Below are positions 12,416-23,883 of a stretch of DNA of 64,000 bases, in pieces. The notes beneath the pieces were generated by a model. That model was not told the origin of the DNA. It was given only the letters and a program-made list of their open reading frames with translations, and did not search any database. Numbering within the stretch: position 1 is the first letter of the stretch; every line of letters begins with the position of its first letter. Position numbers and translations under genes: made by a program. This DNA comes from Marsupella aquatica (taxonomy: Eukaryota; Plantae; Marchantiophyta), in the NCBI GenBank assembly GCA_973895155.1, contig OZ316891.1, positions 4,012,018 to 4,076,017 on the forward strand, in the 5' to 3' direction.

Positions 12416-14290
12416 ATGGATTCCAGTGGAGCAAATGGAGGTGATAGGGCAGGGGTGAGTGACAGTGGCAATGGGAATGAAGGCAATGGGGAGCAGGAGA
12501 GGAATCGATGGACCGATTTGATGGCTGAGCACCTCAATGCAGCACAGTTGAGCCACTTAGATTTGACTACACCAGTAGGGATTGCTTCTTTGAGTGCAAT
12601 CCTTGGGCAAGCCTTGCAAACGGGAGTAGATGCAGGGAACATTGCAAGGGAGGAGGAGCAAAGGAGTGCAGCTCAACAGAAGGCAAGAGAGAAGAAGCGT
12701 AAGAAGGAGGAGAGGGCCAAGGCAACAGTAGTCTCACCTGCTGCCCTAGAAAAGAAGAGGAGGAGAGAGGAACGAGATGAGATAAGAGCACAGCGGGAGG
12801 AGCAGCGAAAGAAGGAGGAAGAGAGGAAGAAGCTGCCTATGATTGCCTTGATCGAAGGCATTCCTACTGAACTGGTCTACACTGGGGCAAAGAGCACTAT
12901 CAGGCTTATGGTGCGCTCCAATTTTGCACGAGGAGTTGAGTGGGGGAAACTCAGCAAGGCAGACCAGAAGAAAGTAATGAGTCAAATCAAAGATTCATTT
13001 CGAAATGGAGCAGAGATTGATGAACAGTGGCTTGCAGATAGAATTTCCAATTCAATGTCTCAAGCACGGTACCATGATAGGAAGAAGGTAAGGGCCTACC
13101 TGGCAAACTTGGAGGAGTACAGAAACGTGAGGAGGCCACTGCAATTCACTGAGGACGTGTGGAATGCCTTTTGCAAAGTGGAGGTGCAGATGAGAGCTGC
13201 CAGGAACCTTCTCTGCTGGAAGGAGATGGAACCCAAGGCACAGAAGGCCGGGAAGTCCGACCGAGAGCTCAAGGCAATGGCTGAGAAAGTGTCTCACATG
13301 CAGCACATTGTGGATGAAGTGGGTGCACCACCCCAAAAATTCATCCTTGCAGCTGAGCGAGTCAGCAAACGGCCCAAGACCACGCACAAGATGGGCCAAG
13401 GTGGACTTCCCGGCCTCAAAGCACACTTTGTGAGTGGGCCCTCTCCTCTCCTCCCCTGCTTCTGTTTCCTTGCTTTCAATTGCTATCCAAACCTGCAATG
13501 CCCCCCCTGCATACCTCTTGTTTCTTTCTTACGGCCTGCCTTGTACTTTAGGTCACCCTGACACATTGCGTGCCTTAGAGATTTCTCAGAATTTTTTAAA
13601 AACAGAGTTTGCGAAGCTTTTGCGATGCGGGTTGCTTCGCAAATGTTTCGCAAAGTCTATCATGGCATTTTTTAAAGTTGTAAATGCGAAGCTATTGCGA
13701 AATAACTCGCTTCGCAAACTACTTCGCAAACAGCCAATTTATTTGAATTTGCGAAGTGGGGAGTTTCGCAAGTGTGTATTATGTTTTAAAAAAACCGCTA
13801 AGGGTTATTGAGCCCAGTTTTGTGTTAGGGGGCACCCTATTAGCACCTCCATGCATTTTTCTTGGGTTTATAGCATATTAACCTCGATCGATTTTGGTTT
13901 TGGAATGTTTGGTTGTGGTAGTATAAGAGGTACCGCAGGAAGATAACAGCAAAAGAGATGGAGATAGGAGCTGCGCATGGAGCCAAACATCTCTTTGACT
14001 TGGTTGACGCAGAGTTGGCGACTGTAAGTGCATGTATCCCCTTCAGTTTTTCCCACCCAATCCACTTATCTTTTCATTCTATAAACCTAAACCAATTTGG
14101 CGTTGTGCTGTGCAAACAGGATGATGAGGATGCCAGTGATACCAGCAGCACCGATGAGAACAATGAGGGGACCACGACAAAGGGGCCCAAGGTAGGAGGG
14201 AGTAGTGGATCTGGACCAGTAGGAGGAGTTTCCCAGCAGGAGGGGGAGGAAGAGGATGAGGACGAGGAGGAACCAGATGTGGAGGAGTAG
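12416..14290 (+). CDS. CACTA second gene, TnpA/PTTA(Transposase_24)-like; exons 12416-13429, 13922-14023, 14120-14290
   Basis: Phase-0 GT-AG junctions (TTT|GTGAGT, TAG|TAT, ACT|GTAAGT, CAG|GAT). The protein has a coiled-coil basic N-terminal half, a W...W...HKMGQGG motif and an acidic tail. The frame stays open past the TAG to 14380. Confidence 0.7.
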
Positions 14291-14629
14291 CCAGCACCAC
14301 CTCCTGTGCCACGTCCGGATCGTCGCAAGAGGGACAAGGGGAAGAGGCCGGCGACAAGGAGTAGGAGGACCCCATTCTAGAGCTTGGTGGTGTAGTGCCT
14401 ATGGGATGCCCATTTACTTAGTGTAGTATATAGTTTTGATATGGGTAGTCTTATAGGGACCTAGCTTGTCATATGACACCCATCTAGGGTTTAGGGTTTA
14501 GGAAACCCTAATTTTTGTGTACCTATCAATTTTCTATAAAGCAATTTTGATTCAGACCTCATTCTCCGTGTTGGACGACAAGACCCCAACCATAATTCAA
14601 AACTCTAAATCTAAACCCTAGCCTCAAGA

Positions 14630-15063
14630 CATCTTGCGAAACCTATGCGAACAACCCAATTCGCATATTTACCATATTGAAGGTATCACAAACATTATGC
14701 AAACCACATACGTTCACAAAAATGCGAAGCCATGTTCATGGCATAACTACCATTAACTTAATATCGCAAACCAATTACCAAACTTCTGGGATTGCAAATA
14801 TTTAACTGCTTGATTATTATCGCAAGCCTCTCGTGACGCCCACGGAGTCGCTTAAATGTGAGTCCTTTGCGATTCTATTAGTGTCGCAAGTTGCGAAGGC
14901 GTTGCGAAGGTCTTGCAAAAGACCGGATGCGAACCTTTGGGCTTCGCAGTTTGCGATTCTATTGCGATGCGCGATACTTCGCAAAGGCGAGTTTTGTTTT
15001 TTGATTTCCTTTGTTGTTTGCGATGCTTTCAAGTTCGCAAAAGGTGTGGGTAGTGTTGTAGTG
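14630..15063. repeat. CACTA subterminal repeat array and TIR (right end)
   Basis: Dense TTGCGAA/TTCGCAA/TTGCGAT motifs ending in TGTTGTAGTG. Confidence 0.85.
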
Positions 15064-15233
15064 ATATTTGCAAGTGGGACGGGCATGGGAGCCCTTCCTA
15101 TGTGTATATCACATATGCACAGGTATTCAGGATAGTGACATATTAAGGGCATTGTTTACATTGTAAAGTTGTAAGATTCCACTAGCCAAAAACTAAAGGT
15201 CATTTGAGAAACCAAGGGTCAGAAATTAATCTA

Positions 15234-15345
15234 GGAAATTTAGATACAACTTTTAACTACATTGCCACTAAAGTTGTGGCTTATTATAACACTGCCACGG
15301 TTTTTGCACTATTTGTAATACTGCCACGGTTTTTGTATTGACGTG
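15234..15345. mobile_element. Probable Mutator-like terminal sequence (no partner TIR found)
   Basis: Starts with GGAAATTT and contains repeated TGCCAC/CTGCCACGGTTTTTG units. It lies next to the MULE transposase region. Confidence 0.4.
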
Positions 15346-16169
15346 ACTAAATAGAGACCAAGGTTAACCCGGGTTAGTCTCCGTCCTGGGGAGGACACGT
15401 GTTTCCCCCCTGTGCATTCCGTTACAACTATCCGTCCCCTGACTTCTGAACCATCGCAGTTTGAAACCACTACGTGAACCTTCCAATATAGGGCGTGGTG
15501 TAGTCCATGTACAGGAAAGTGCGCGTTTGTCGATCAGCTTTGTGCGGGAAAGAAAGTGCACGTTTGCTTTGTGCGTAGAAAGGTCAGCTGGGCAGCAGAG
15601 TTGCGTTGGCGAAGGCAGCTCATCTATCAACTCCTCCATCAACTCCCCACACGGGAAGGTCATCCATCAACTCTCCACACAATTATAGTTGCAGGCAGCG
15701 GAGTTGCGTTGGCGAAGGCGAAGCTCATCGATCGATTCCCCGTGCACATCTACAGTCGCAGGGCAGGCAGCGGAGTCGAGGGCGAAGTTTTGAACACTGT
15801 GGTACTTTGGTGTGTTTGCATATTTACTTCATTGCACTATGAACTATCTTCGCAACGCCCCTGTTTGCCATGTGTTGTTCTTGCTACAGAAGCGAAAGTT
15901 GTTGTTTCATCATCGAACCTTAGTTTGTGGCCACCAAATAATCACATAATGAAGCTTAGACTCACTGCCGAAGGCAAAGTGAAGCCAACAGCATGATCAC
16001 AACCATCAACGCAGCTTTTTGTGGACTTCGGTTAAAAAAGTTCAGAACATTGTATTCTATGTATGTAAGTCTTTGTATGGCTAATGTAGGATTGAATTGA
16101 ATCAATCGTTTTTGCAATGTAGTCTTTGAAAACTGAGCGATTTCAGTTCATGTAATTTGCAGTAAAACA

Positions 16170-16909
16170 ATGGCAACTGCATCTTCAAGATCGTGGGGCA
16201 AGCTTGCTAAGGTTAAAGTTTACAATCCGGTGAAAGAGACTGTCACTTCATTGCAAAAACGGATTGAGCCTGCTTTCAGGCCTTCGTGGGATAGGTATTC
16301 TAGCTGCGCCCAACCTGAGTTAAATGAATTTGATTGATGATGACACATTAATTCTGCAAGACGTGCACTCTCTACATCTTGCAGTGTGAAATGTCATAAT
16401 TTTGGGACCCCTAATGTTTTCTGTGTGGTTCCTTTGCAGAGTTCCAGTGTCCAATTTTGTTGAATCCTATTGTTTCACTTCTCTAGCTATGGCAGAGTAC
16501 ATACAAGAGTATCACACATTTATTGCCAATCCAAAGTGGAAATGGAAGCTTGTAGAGGCCAATTGGGTGGACATGAACAGGACCTGGGTACGCCCTACTC
16601 CATTTGAGTTTTGGGCAGTGGAGGACAGTGACAACATTGGGCGGACATATGTTTTTTGATTTGATGATTGTGAAATCGGTCAACAGCAGAAAATCCAAAT
16701 TGGGAATCCGAAGGAGATTGCACTGGAAGGGAAGGCATTTCGAGATGGAGACCTTTTGCTACTGTTTTCAAGAGGAGGCTGACTGTCTCCTCATCACAGA
16801 GTTGTTCTATTTGGAGGCTATTGCTGGCAAGAAAGGATTTGTTGTCTATGGCACTTACAAGTGGCTGCCTCATATGTTGATGATTGGAAACTTACAATTT
16901 CCAATCTAG
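16170..16909 (+). pseudogene. Two-exon orphan gene (16170-16294, 16440-16909) convergent with the MULE transposase; +1 frameshift in a T run at about 16652-16657
   Basis: ATG in AAACAATGGC context. A phase-2 AG|GTATTC...TTTGCAG|A junction links MATASSRSWG... to VPVSNFVESY. Removing one T joins ORFs 16402 and 16604. Confidence 0.55.
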
Positions 16910-17519
16910 TAGGTGTGCATTATTTCCATGAGCAGCTAGGGAGCTTTAAGGTGTATGATAAGTAGTCTTCCAGCTAGGGACTTCACTTTTGAGGATCTGC
17001 AGTTTAGCTATTAGAAAGACTTGTCACTACCTAAGTTGTCCTTATAGACTTCAGCCAGATTTTTGGTATTAGAGTGGCTTCTCTGGCTTGAAGGAGACTT
17101 GTAATGATACTGTCTAGTGCAGTGTCTCTTTTACTGCTTTGCTTCACTTAGTGACACGATCACGGATTCGTGCCCCAATATGTTTTTGAACTTGTCTAAA
17201 TATAAGCGCTATTACTCATTGTATATATGTCTGATTGAGGATAGCCTAAATGGCACTGGCCTCTATATATTGCAGTGTGAAATGTCAACTGTCTCTCATG
17301 CTTGTCATCTTTAGCATTCTGGTTTAGTTCATACTCCCAGTACATACATTATATTCAATTGTTACAAAGGAACTTGGTACTTAAGAGAGTCCACAAGCTA
17401 TATTCGTCTAGTAATGAAGTACAGCCAAATCTGACCGGCAAACTGCAAACCATTCCTTCACTTAAATGAATACAAACTTTCAAGGAAGCAACAGGTGCAT
17501 GTAGCCTGCATCGTGACCT

Positions 17520-17795
17520 CTCGGGGGTTTCACTTCCACAAAAATGGCACATCACGTGCGACGAAGGATATGGTCGTTTTATTGGTTTGAAGGGAAGACT
17601 TAAGAATTTTTGTAGAAGAACAATAGGGTCTTTTAAATTCAATTTTGAGACTTATAAGAATATTAGGGTCTTTCTAACCAAAATTTCCAGCTTTATAGGG
17701 GTTGAAAAATATTTTTTTTTCTTGCATTTTAGGGGGTCTGAGGCCTAAAAACGTCGCAGGGGATGGGGAGGCATCCATACAGTGAGACCCCCTAG
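17520..17795 (+). mobile_element. MITE, TIR CTCGGGGGTTTCACT...AGTGAGACCCCCTAG
   Basis: 8-bp TSD CGTGACCT/CTTGACCT (1 mismatch); homologous to the copies at 20035, 21346 and 43308. Confidence 0.9.
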
Positions 17796-18021
17796 CTTGA
17801 CCTATGCTGTCATTTTTTAATATGTAAATGAAAAGGTCCACACAAATTTTGCAGCCAACATTCAGACTTCATATAAAACTTACAATGATTGCCATCCAAG
17901 CCAGAGAGAGTCAACGAACACGGACATGTATTGCTGGAACTTGTGGATACATGCAGTGCTCAAAGCGCGAAAAAAGTGGCCTCAAAACTACAGACATGAA
18001 TATTCTGACCAAAGGAGTACT

Positions 18022-20393
18022 TCACAAGTCTCCATTCTGCAAATTGAATCCTTCTGAACAACTAGCGAGAAGGGCACTAAAAGAACCCATTTCAAATGGG
18101 CAAGTTAAAGATGGGCCGTGTTCATCCTCCTCCTCCATGAAAGGTGCTGACTGGGCTATATTTACAATGTCCTCACTGTCATTGTCTGAAGTGAGTATGT
18201 CTCTTAACACCTGGTCAGTAGTATCAGTTGTGTCCTTCTCCTGCCCCTGTCCAAGGTGGTCTTTCCTAACTTGACAAGTTCGCTTGTCATGGCCCCTTTG
18301 CTTGCAGAAACCACAGGTCCTGGGCAATCTCACTCCATCCTTGTCCGGGAACCTCAGCCTAGGTTTCTCTGTGGGACGGCCTCTCTTCCGCCTCTTCTCA
18401 GGTGGACCACACCATGAATCTGGCTATAGATCATCTTTCAAAATAGCAGGAATACTACCACTATACGTCTGTTTGAAAGACTCTACGAAATAAAAGTGTG
18501 AAACAAAATTGTAATGGCAAAGATGCAATCTAGTTATAGCTCTCCAAGCATGAGTGCATGGAATACCAACATCCTGCCAATCACCACAAGAACATTCTTT
18601 CAATGGCTCCAAAGTGACCAGAAAATGTCTTCCACTTGAATCAGTAATTCTGACCTCCGTAGGGCTGGATGGATTTGCAACAAGTTGAAGAGCTATCTCA
18701 TGTCGGTCCCTCAATATGGCCATGATATTTGGAGGAAATGGTGTACCTAAGGACTCTGCTAGCACCCTCTTCTCATAGTAGTGTTTCATCATGTAATCCC
18801 AAATCAGATTTGATTGTTTGAATGCAACTTCTTGTCGCTCAGCCTTCAGTGCTCGATTAGTGCTCTCTGTCTGTTGGGATGTCTCATGGCCCCACCTAAT
18901 CATGAGAAGGAAGGTCAATTAGAAATGAAAACAAAACAATCTTCTTCAATAGGGCAATACAGATATTAATACAACAGCAATGGGCATATGTGAGGCATCA
19001 CCTGGGGTACGGCATGAATGCCCTCGAATAATGAGATGGATCTCCAGTTTTCACAATGTACTCAAATGCTGACGGGTAGTCCTCCTCAATTTGGTCTAAC
19101 CTCCGCAAGTACTGGTCCTCATTTGCAGCATACACCAGCCCATCAAATGCTTTCCTTGCTGCCTTGTTAGAATAAGCTTGTAAATTTTTCCCCAAGTGCC
19201 ATGTGCAAAAAGCATGGAATGCCAATGGGAAAACCTGATCAACAGCATTTTGCAGTCCCTTTTCTCGGTCTGAAATGAAAACAGTACTGCTGCGAGACAA
19301 CTCTGGGATAGCATCGTGCAAAGCCTTCAAGAATCTCATCCAAAACTGTTCATTCTCTGATGGAACCATGCAGTATGCCAAAATCATGACAGCGTTATTA
19401 GCATCCAACACTGTGGCTACTAATAACATTTGAGGATATGCAGACTTTGTATGTGTGCCATCTAATGCAATAAGTGGCCTGCAATAAGGATATGCCTTTC
19501 GAGAAACATTAGGACACACAAATAAAGTTTCAAAGCATCCATTAGGTGCTGTGTAGTTTGCAACAGCACCTGGATCCCTTTGTAAAATGTGGTGACAGTG
19601 ACTAGGGATCAGATGAAAGGACTCCTTCTCATCACCATCCAATCGAACAAGGGCTCTCTTCTTTGCTGCATGTGCAGTGTGGTATCTAACATCTGGATGC
19701 CAAATAGCCAGGGCAGTGTCCCTCAACGAGCAAGCTCTAGTTTGTCTATTCTTTATTATGATATCAAAGATCAAAGTAGCCAAGTAGTCAGAGGAATTAT
19801 GCATGCGCCTAGTGTAATCGTCTGCTGCACAACAACTATGGTGATCATTGAGTTGTGTGATGGTAATGGTCTTTGTCTTGGAGCTCATAATGACTCTAAC
19901 AGACCACAAACATTTGTGGACCGGATTTTCATTCCACCACATTTTGCACTTTCCAAGGAAACGCAAAGTATCCTTTTTGTATGTTGTGATCACCCTTTCA
20001 GTTGCCACACCGTGTTTGACAATTGCCCTCCTAACTCGGGGGTTTCACTTCCACAAAAATGGCACATCACGTGCGACGAAGTATAGCCCGGTCGATTTAT
20101 TGGTTTGAAGGGAAGACTTAAGAATTTTTGTAGAAGAACAATAGGGTCCTTTAAATTCAATTTTGAGACTTATAAGAATATTATGGTCTTTTAAACCAAA
20201 ATTTTGGAATATTCCAAGAATATTCCAACTTTATAGGGGTTGAAAAATAATTTTTTTTTCTTACATTTTAGGGCTGTGAGGCCTAAAAACGTCGCAGGGG
20301 ATGGGGAGACATCCATATAGTGAGACCCCTGAGCCTCCTGACATCTTGCCAAGTCTGAAAAGTATCACCTTTCTTCAAAGAAGGTTGAACCAT
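18022..20393 (-). pseudogene. MULE (MuDR-type) transposase, disrupted by a MITE and a nonsense codon; intron 19001-18896
   Basis: MuDR N-domain LKKGDTF...AIVKHGV, catalytic IALDGTH / FISDREKGL / CTWHL / TESTNRALK, SWIM CSCGDWQDVGIPCTHA and C-terminal CGFCKQRGHDKRTC. In-frame TAG at 18424-18426 and a MITE inserted at 20035-20333. Confidence 0.92.
20035..20333 (+). mobile_element. MITE inserted in the MULE transposase ORF
   Basis: Family TIRs; TSD CCTCCTAA/CCTCCTGA. Removing the MITE and one TSD copy restores QDVRRAIVKHGV. Confidence 0.92.
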
Positions 20394-21345
20394 GGCTGCT
20401 GTAAGAGTGTGAATGGCAGTGAGCCTCTGCATATAATTGAGAAAGGAAAATTGAGTCAGAGTAACAGAAGCCAAAAAATTTGAGCAAGAATGGAATAAGA
20501 GAAGCTGAATTAGTTAATGTCTAATAACAATCTCATAAGTCAAGGCACTAGAATATAAAAGGCCACATTTCAGTTCAAAACACATGAACCACAGTGAGTC
20601 TGTGGTTTGTTAAAAACTCGTAGACCCACTAAAAAGGAGTCAATGCCCAGTATCAATGCTCAGTATCTTACATGAAAAAGAATTTGGCTAGTAAGAGCTC
20701 TCCGTGGTGTACTTCATGATATATATATATGATTCTCTGCTCATGTGCATTGGGGATGACAATGAATGCTGCACTGAATGCGCGCTCCACTGAATGCTGC
20801 AGCATCCATTTTCGAAAATGAAATTTATGTTCAATTGGAGTCTATGTACTTTTGCGCACGTCTTCGGCCACTAAGTAATTTTTGGAAGGAAAGCAAGCAA
20901 CACACTGAAATGACACATTGAAGCCTCATAGCATCAGATTACTTGTCAAAATGAACAAGAAGCAAAATGTGGGATAATGTTCAATCTATGCACATCGTGA
21001 TCTTCTAAATATGAAGCTACAACCTCACTGCCATCCCTGATTTGTCCAAAAGCTTCGGGCCGAGTCCTAGTAGTATGTTCACATACTTGACCTGACGATC
21101 ACGGATTGATGATATGCATTGAAGAGGGGAAAATGAGCCCAACCTGAAAGTAATCTTGTACACAATGGTGATGTGATCAAGCGCCACTGACTAACAATAC
21201 TCATATTTCACTATGATTTGCAACAGTTTCGGTTGCTTGTAATACCTCAACAACTCATCATGTTGCATTTAGTTCCATGAAAGAGACACGATCCAGTAAA
21301 ACTGAGGTACGCAGGACAGAAAGAAGTTGATGAGCGATGGGTGAG

Positions 21346-21642
21346 CTCGGGGGTTTCACTTCCACAAAAATGGCATATCATGTGCGACGAAGGATAGGGT
21401 CATTTTATTGGTTGTAAGGGAAGATTTAAGAATTTTTGTAGAAGAACAATAGGGTCTTTTAAATTCAATTTTGAGACTTACAAGAACATTAGGGCCTTTT
21501 TAATCCAATTTTTGGAATATTCCAAGAATATTCCAACTTTATAGGGGTTAAAAAATAATATTTTTTTCTTACATTTTAGGGGGTCCGAGGCCTAAAAACG
21601 TCGCAGGTGATGGGGAGGTCCCCATATAGTGAGACCCCTGAG
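21346..21642 (+). mobile_element. MITE
   Basis: Family TIRs; perfect TSD TGGGTGAG (21338-21345, 21643-21650). Confidence 0.95.
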
Positions 21643-21930
21643 TGGGTGAGAAACAATACACTGTTTGACTTCACTCGAGACTTCACTTTGTTAATTCAAG
21701 AGGAGGCGCATCGAGTTGGCTTGAAATGTTGCAAAGTCATCATTGTTGGAAGATGCCTACGGGGATGCCCGTTGCGAAGTCGTCGCTCAAGAGGAAGGAA
21801 TGTATGAAGTACAGCAGAAGAATGATGAGTTCATTCTGCATATATTGTGGTCATAGCAGCTGCAAGGTTTCCTATGTTGAAGGAACATTCACTTCACACT
21901 CTGGCTGCAGTCGCCGCGCTTATTCGGGAC

Positions 21931-22351
21931 TGTTGGGTATTTACTCTTACGTCTAGGTTAGGTATGACGTGGTTGGTACAACAACGTGGGTTGGTACAAC
22001 TACGTGGTTAGGTACAACTACGTGATTAGGTACAACTATGTGGTTAGGTACAACTACGTGATTAGGTACAACTATGTGGTTAGGTACAACTAAGTTGCAC
22101 ACTATATCATAAGAGGCATGTGTGCTTGGAGAGGTAGAACCAAGGCTCATTGTTATGGAGCCACTTGAGAGATAGGGAGAGCTTACACTGTGGAGACTCG
22201 GTATAGCCGACGGGCTTAGAGTTCAGTAAAGCTCTCTTGTGTGTTCCCGTGGACGTAGCCTCAAGGAGGTGAACCACGTATCTCTTGTGTCGACTATTGT
22301 GCGTTGGATGGTTCATGGGCTTGCCGTTGCGATCGTCGTCTATGCTCAACA
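21931..22351 (+). repeat. 5' LTR
   Basis: TGTTGGG...CTCAACA; matches 27348-27768. Confidence 0.97.
21956..22091 (+). promoter_or_regulatory. LTR U3 tandem array of an 18-bp unit GGTTAGGTACAACTACGT (about 7 copies; repeated at 27373-27508)
   Basis: Directly visible repeat containing ACGTG and GGT(T/A)GGT cores, just upstream of a TATA-like ACTATATCATAAG. Confidence 0.75.
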
Positions 22352-22353
22352 AT

Positions 22354-22365
22354 TGGTATCAGAGC
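22354..22365 (+). other. Primer-binding site (initiator Met tRNA)
   Basis: TGGTATCAGAGC, 2 nt after the 5' LTR. Confidence 0.95.
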
Positions 22366-23025
22366 ATGCTTGGGAGGTGACGTGTGTTCGTGACGGGATT
22401 TCATGACGGTTTTTCCAGCGTTGAGTGTTGGTGGATTTTCCAGAGTTCCATCGCATGGAACTTGGAGTTTATGGGCTCAACGGATAGATCAGGGCAAGAG
22501 CTTTCTAACGGTGTGAAGAAATCGTTGAACGGAGCTCGTGGTGCAGAGAGATCTAAGTTTTCGTCGTTCTGGATTTTGTGAAGAAAGTTGGCAATCGACT
22601 CGGAGGGAGAAGCGTCAAGTGTTTTGACTCAACGGAGAGATTGAGGCAAGACGATTGTTTTTGAGTCCGGGATTGGCTCTTTGATGCAAAGAGGAAGGCT
22701 AAGCAAAATCAATTACCTTGTTGGACTTGGTGACGGCACCAAGTGCAATTGATCAACATTCGTTGTTGACAAGGTACCATTTTTTTCTCTTTGAAAAACT
22801 GATTCGAAATTGGCTATGGCAATTGAGAGAAATCTGTCATCTTTACCAATTTTTTTCTCCCTCGTTCTTTCCTCGTTTTGGGTGCTTCTTATATCGATCT
22901 TCATTGCCTCGGAGTCTAGTTTCCAAATCTGAAATCGGATCTTGATTTCGTCAAAACCCGAGTGAGATATCCGGCGTGTGGTGGAGGAAGCAGTACTACT
23001 ACCGGAGCTCACGGTAAAGAAGAAG

Positions 23026-23883
23026 ATGGGGACTTTCAAGCTTGGGGGACCCAAGTATGAAGTGACAAAGTATGATGGGCGCTCTGACTACTTGCTATGG
23101 GAGAAGCAAGTGAAGGGAGTGCTTTATGCGTCAGGGATGGGCCAACTGCTGAGCCCTCGTGAAGACGATGTTGATGAGAAACAATGGGACCGCATGCAGG
23201 AGCAGGGAGTGTGGTGTGTTACACTCTATCTCATGCCTCCCATCATCAAGCAGTTAGGTGCACATAAGGATTGCATGTCCTTGTTTGCGGAATTGCAGAG
23301 CAAGTATCACCGCAAGGAGTTGTCGAACCGGCTCTACACTTCCTACAAACTGATGAGTTTCAGGATGAAGGAATCTGGTACGAAGTTGCAAGACCATGTG
23401 GATGCTTTCAACGACATGGTCGTTGACTTGGAAAACCTTGGGGAGACTTTGAATGATGAGACGAAGGCTCTGCAGCTTCTTAGTTCATTGCCTCCATCTT
23501 ACCAGTCCCTATCACGAGTGTTGTTGCATCGTGATAGGGATACCATTTCATACAATGACGTGGTAAGTTCTCTACTTAGTGATGATCTTCAGCAGAAGAT
23601 GCACATCACGTCACAGCCTTCATCATCTGGTGCTGCCCTCAATGTTAACCGTGGGAGGAGTATGCAGCGACCAACTGGGGACCGTAGAACCCAGTTTAGA
23701 TCTAAATCCAGATCTAAGTCCAAGGGTAAATCCCCTCAGAGGAGGCAGGTGACATGTTGGAAGTGCAACCAAGTTGGACACTTCAAGCGAGACTGTAAGG
23801 GAAAGGCAGCGGAAACTTCATCGGCAAATGTGGCTAGGGCTGATGGAGAAGCTGATTTACTCAATGATGAGTATGTTTTATGA
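23026..23883 (+). CDS. gag: Copia Gag with CCHC zinc knuckle
   Basis: KYDGRSDYLLW, LLSSLPPSY and CWKCNQVGHFKRDC; ends at TGA 23881-23883. Confidence 0.93.
   Translation: MGTFKLGGPKYEVTKYDGRSDYLLWEKQVKGVLYASGMGQLLSPREDDVDEKQWDRMQEQGVWCVTLYLMPPIIKQLGAHKDCMSLFAELQSKYHRKELSNRLYTSYKLMSFRMKESGTKLQDHVDAFNDMVVDLENLGETLNDETKALQLLSSLPPSYQSLSRVLLHRDRDTISYNDVVSSLLSDDLQQKMHITSQPSSSGAALNVNRGRSMQRPTGDRRTQFRSKSRSKSKGKSPQRRQVTCWKCNQVGHFKRDCKGKAAETSSANVARADGEADLLNDEYVL

Larger units (their letters stand above)
5328..15063 (-). mobile_element. Full-length CACTA (En/Spm) DNA transposon, 9736 bp
   Basis: TIR CACTACAACA at 5328 and TGTTGTAGTG ending at 15063. 3-bp TSD ATA on both sides (5325-5327, 15064-15066). 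Subterminal TTGCGAA/TTCGCAA arrays at both ends, and an internal Tnp2-type transposase. Confidence 0.96.

Noticed and set aside
20027-20341. MITE acting as a precisely removable intron (introner) in the MULE ORF
   Set aside because: The nearby GT donor gives a frameshift. A frame-restoring splice needs a poor GC donor (AG|GCTCAG), and the gene also has a nonsense codon.
21953-22150. VVPNH-repeat ORF, or a CRISPR-like array (also at 27370-27567)
   Set aside because: It is the antisense translation of the 18-bp LTR tandem repeat, with no unique spacers.
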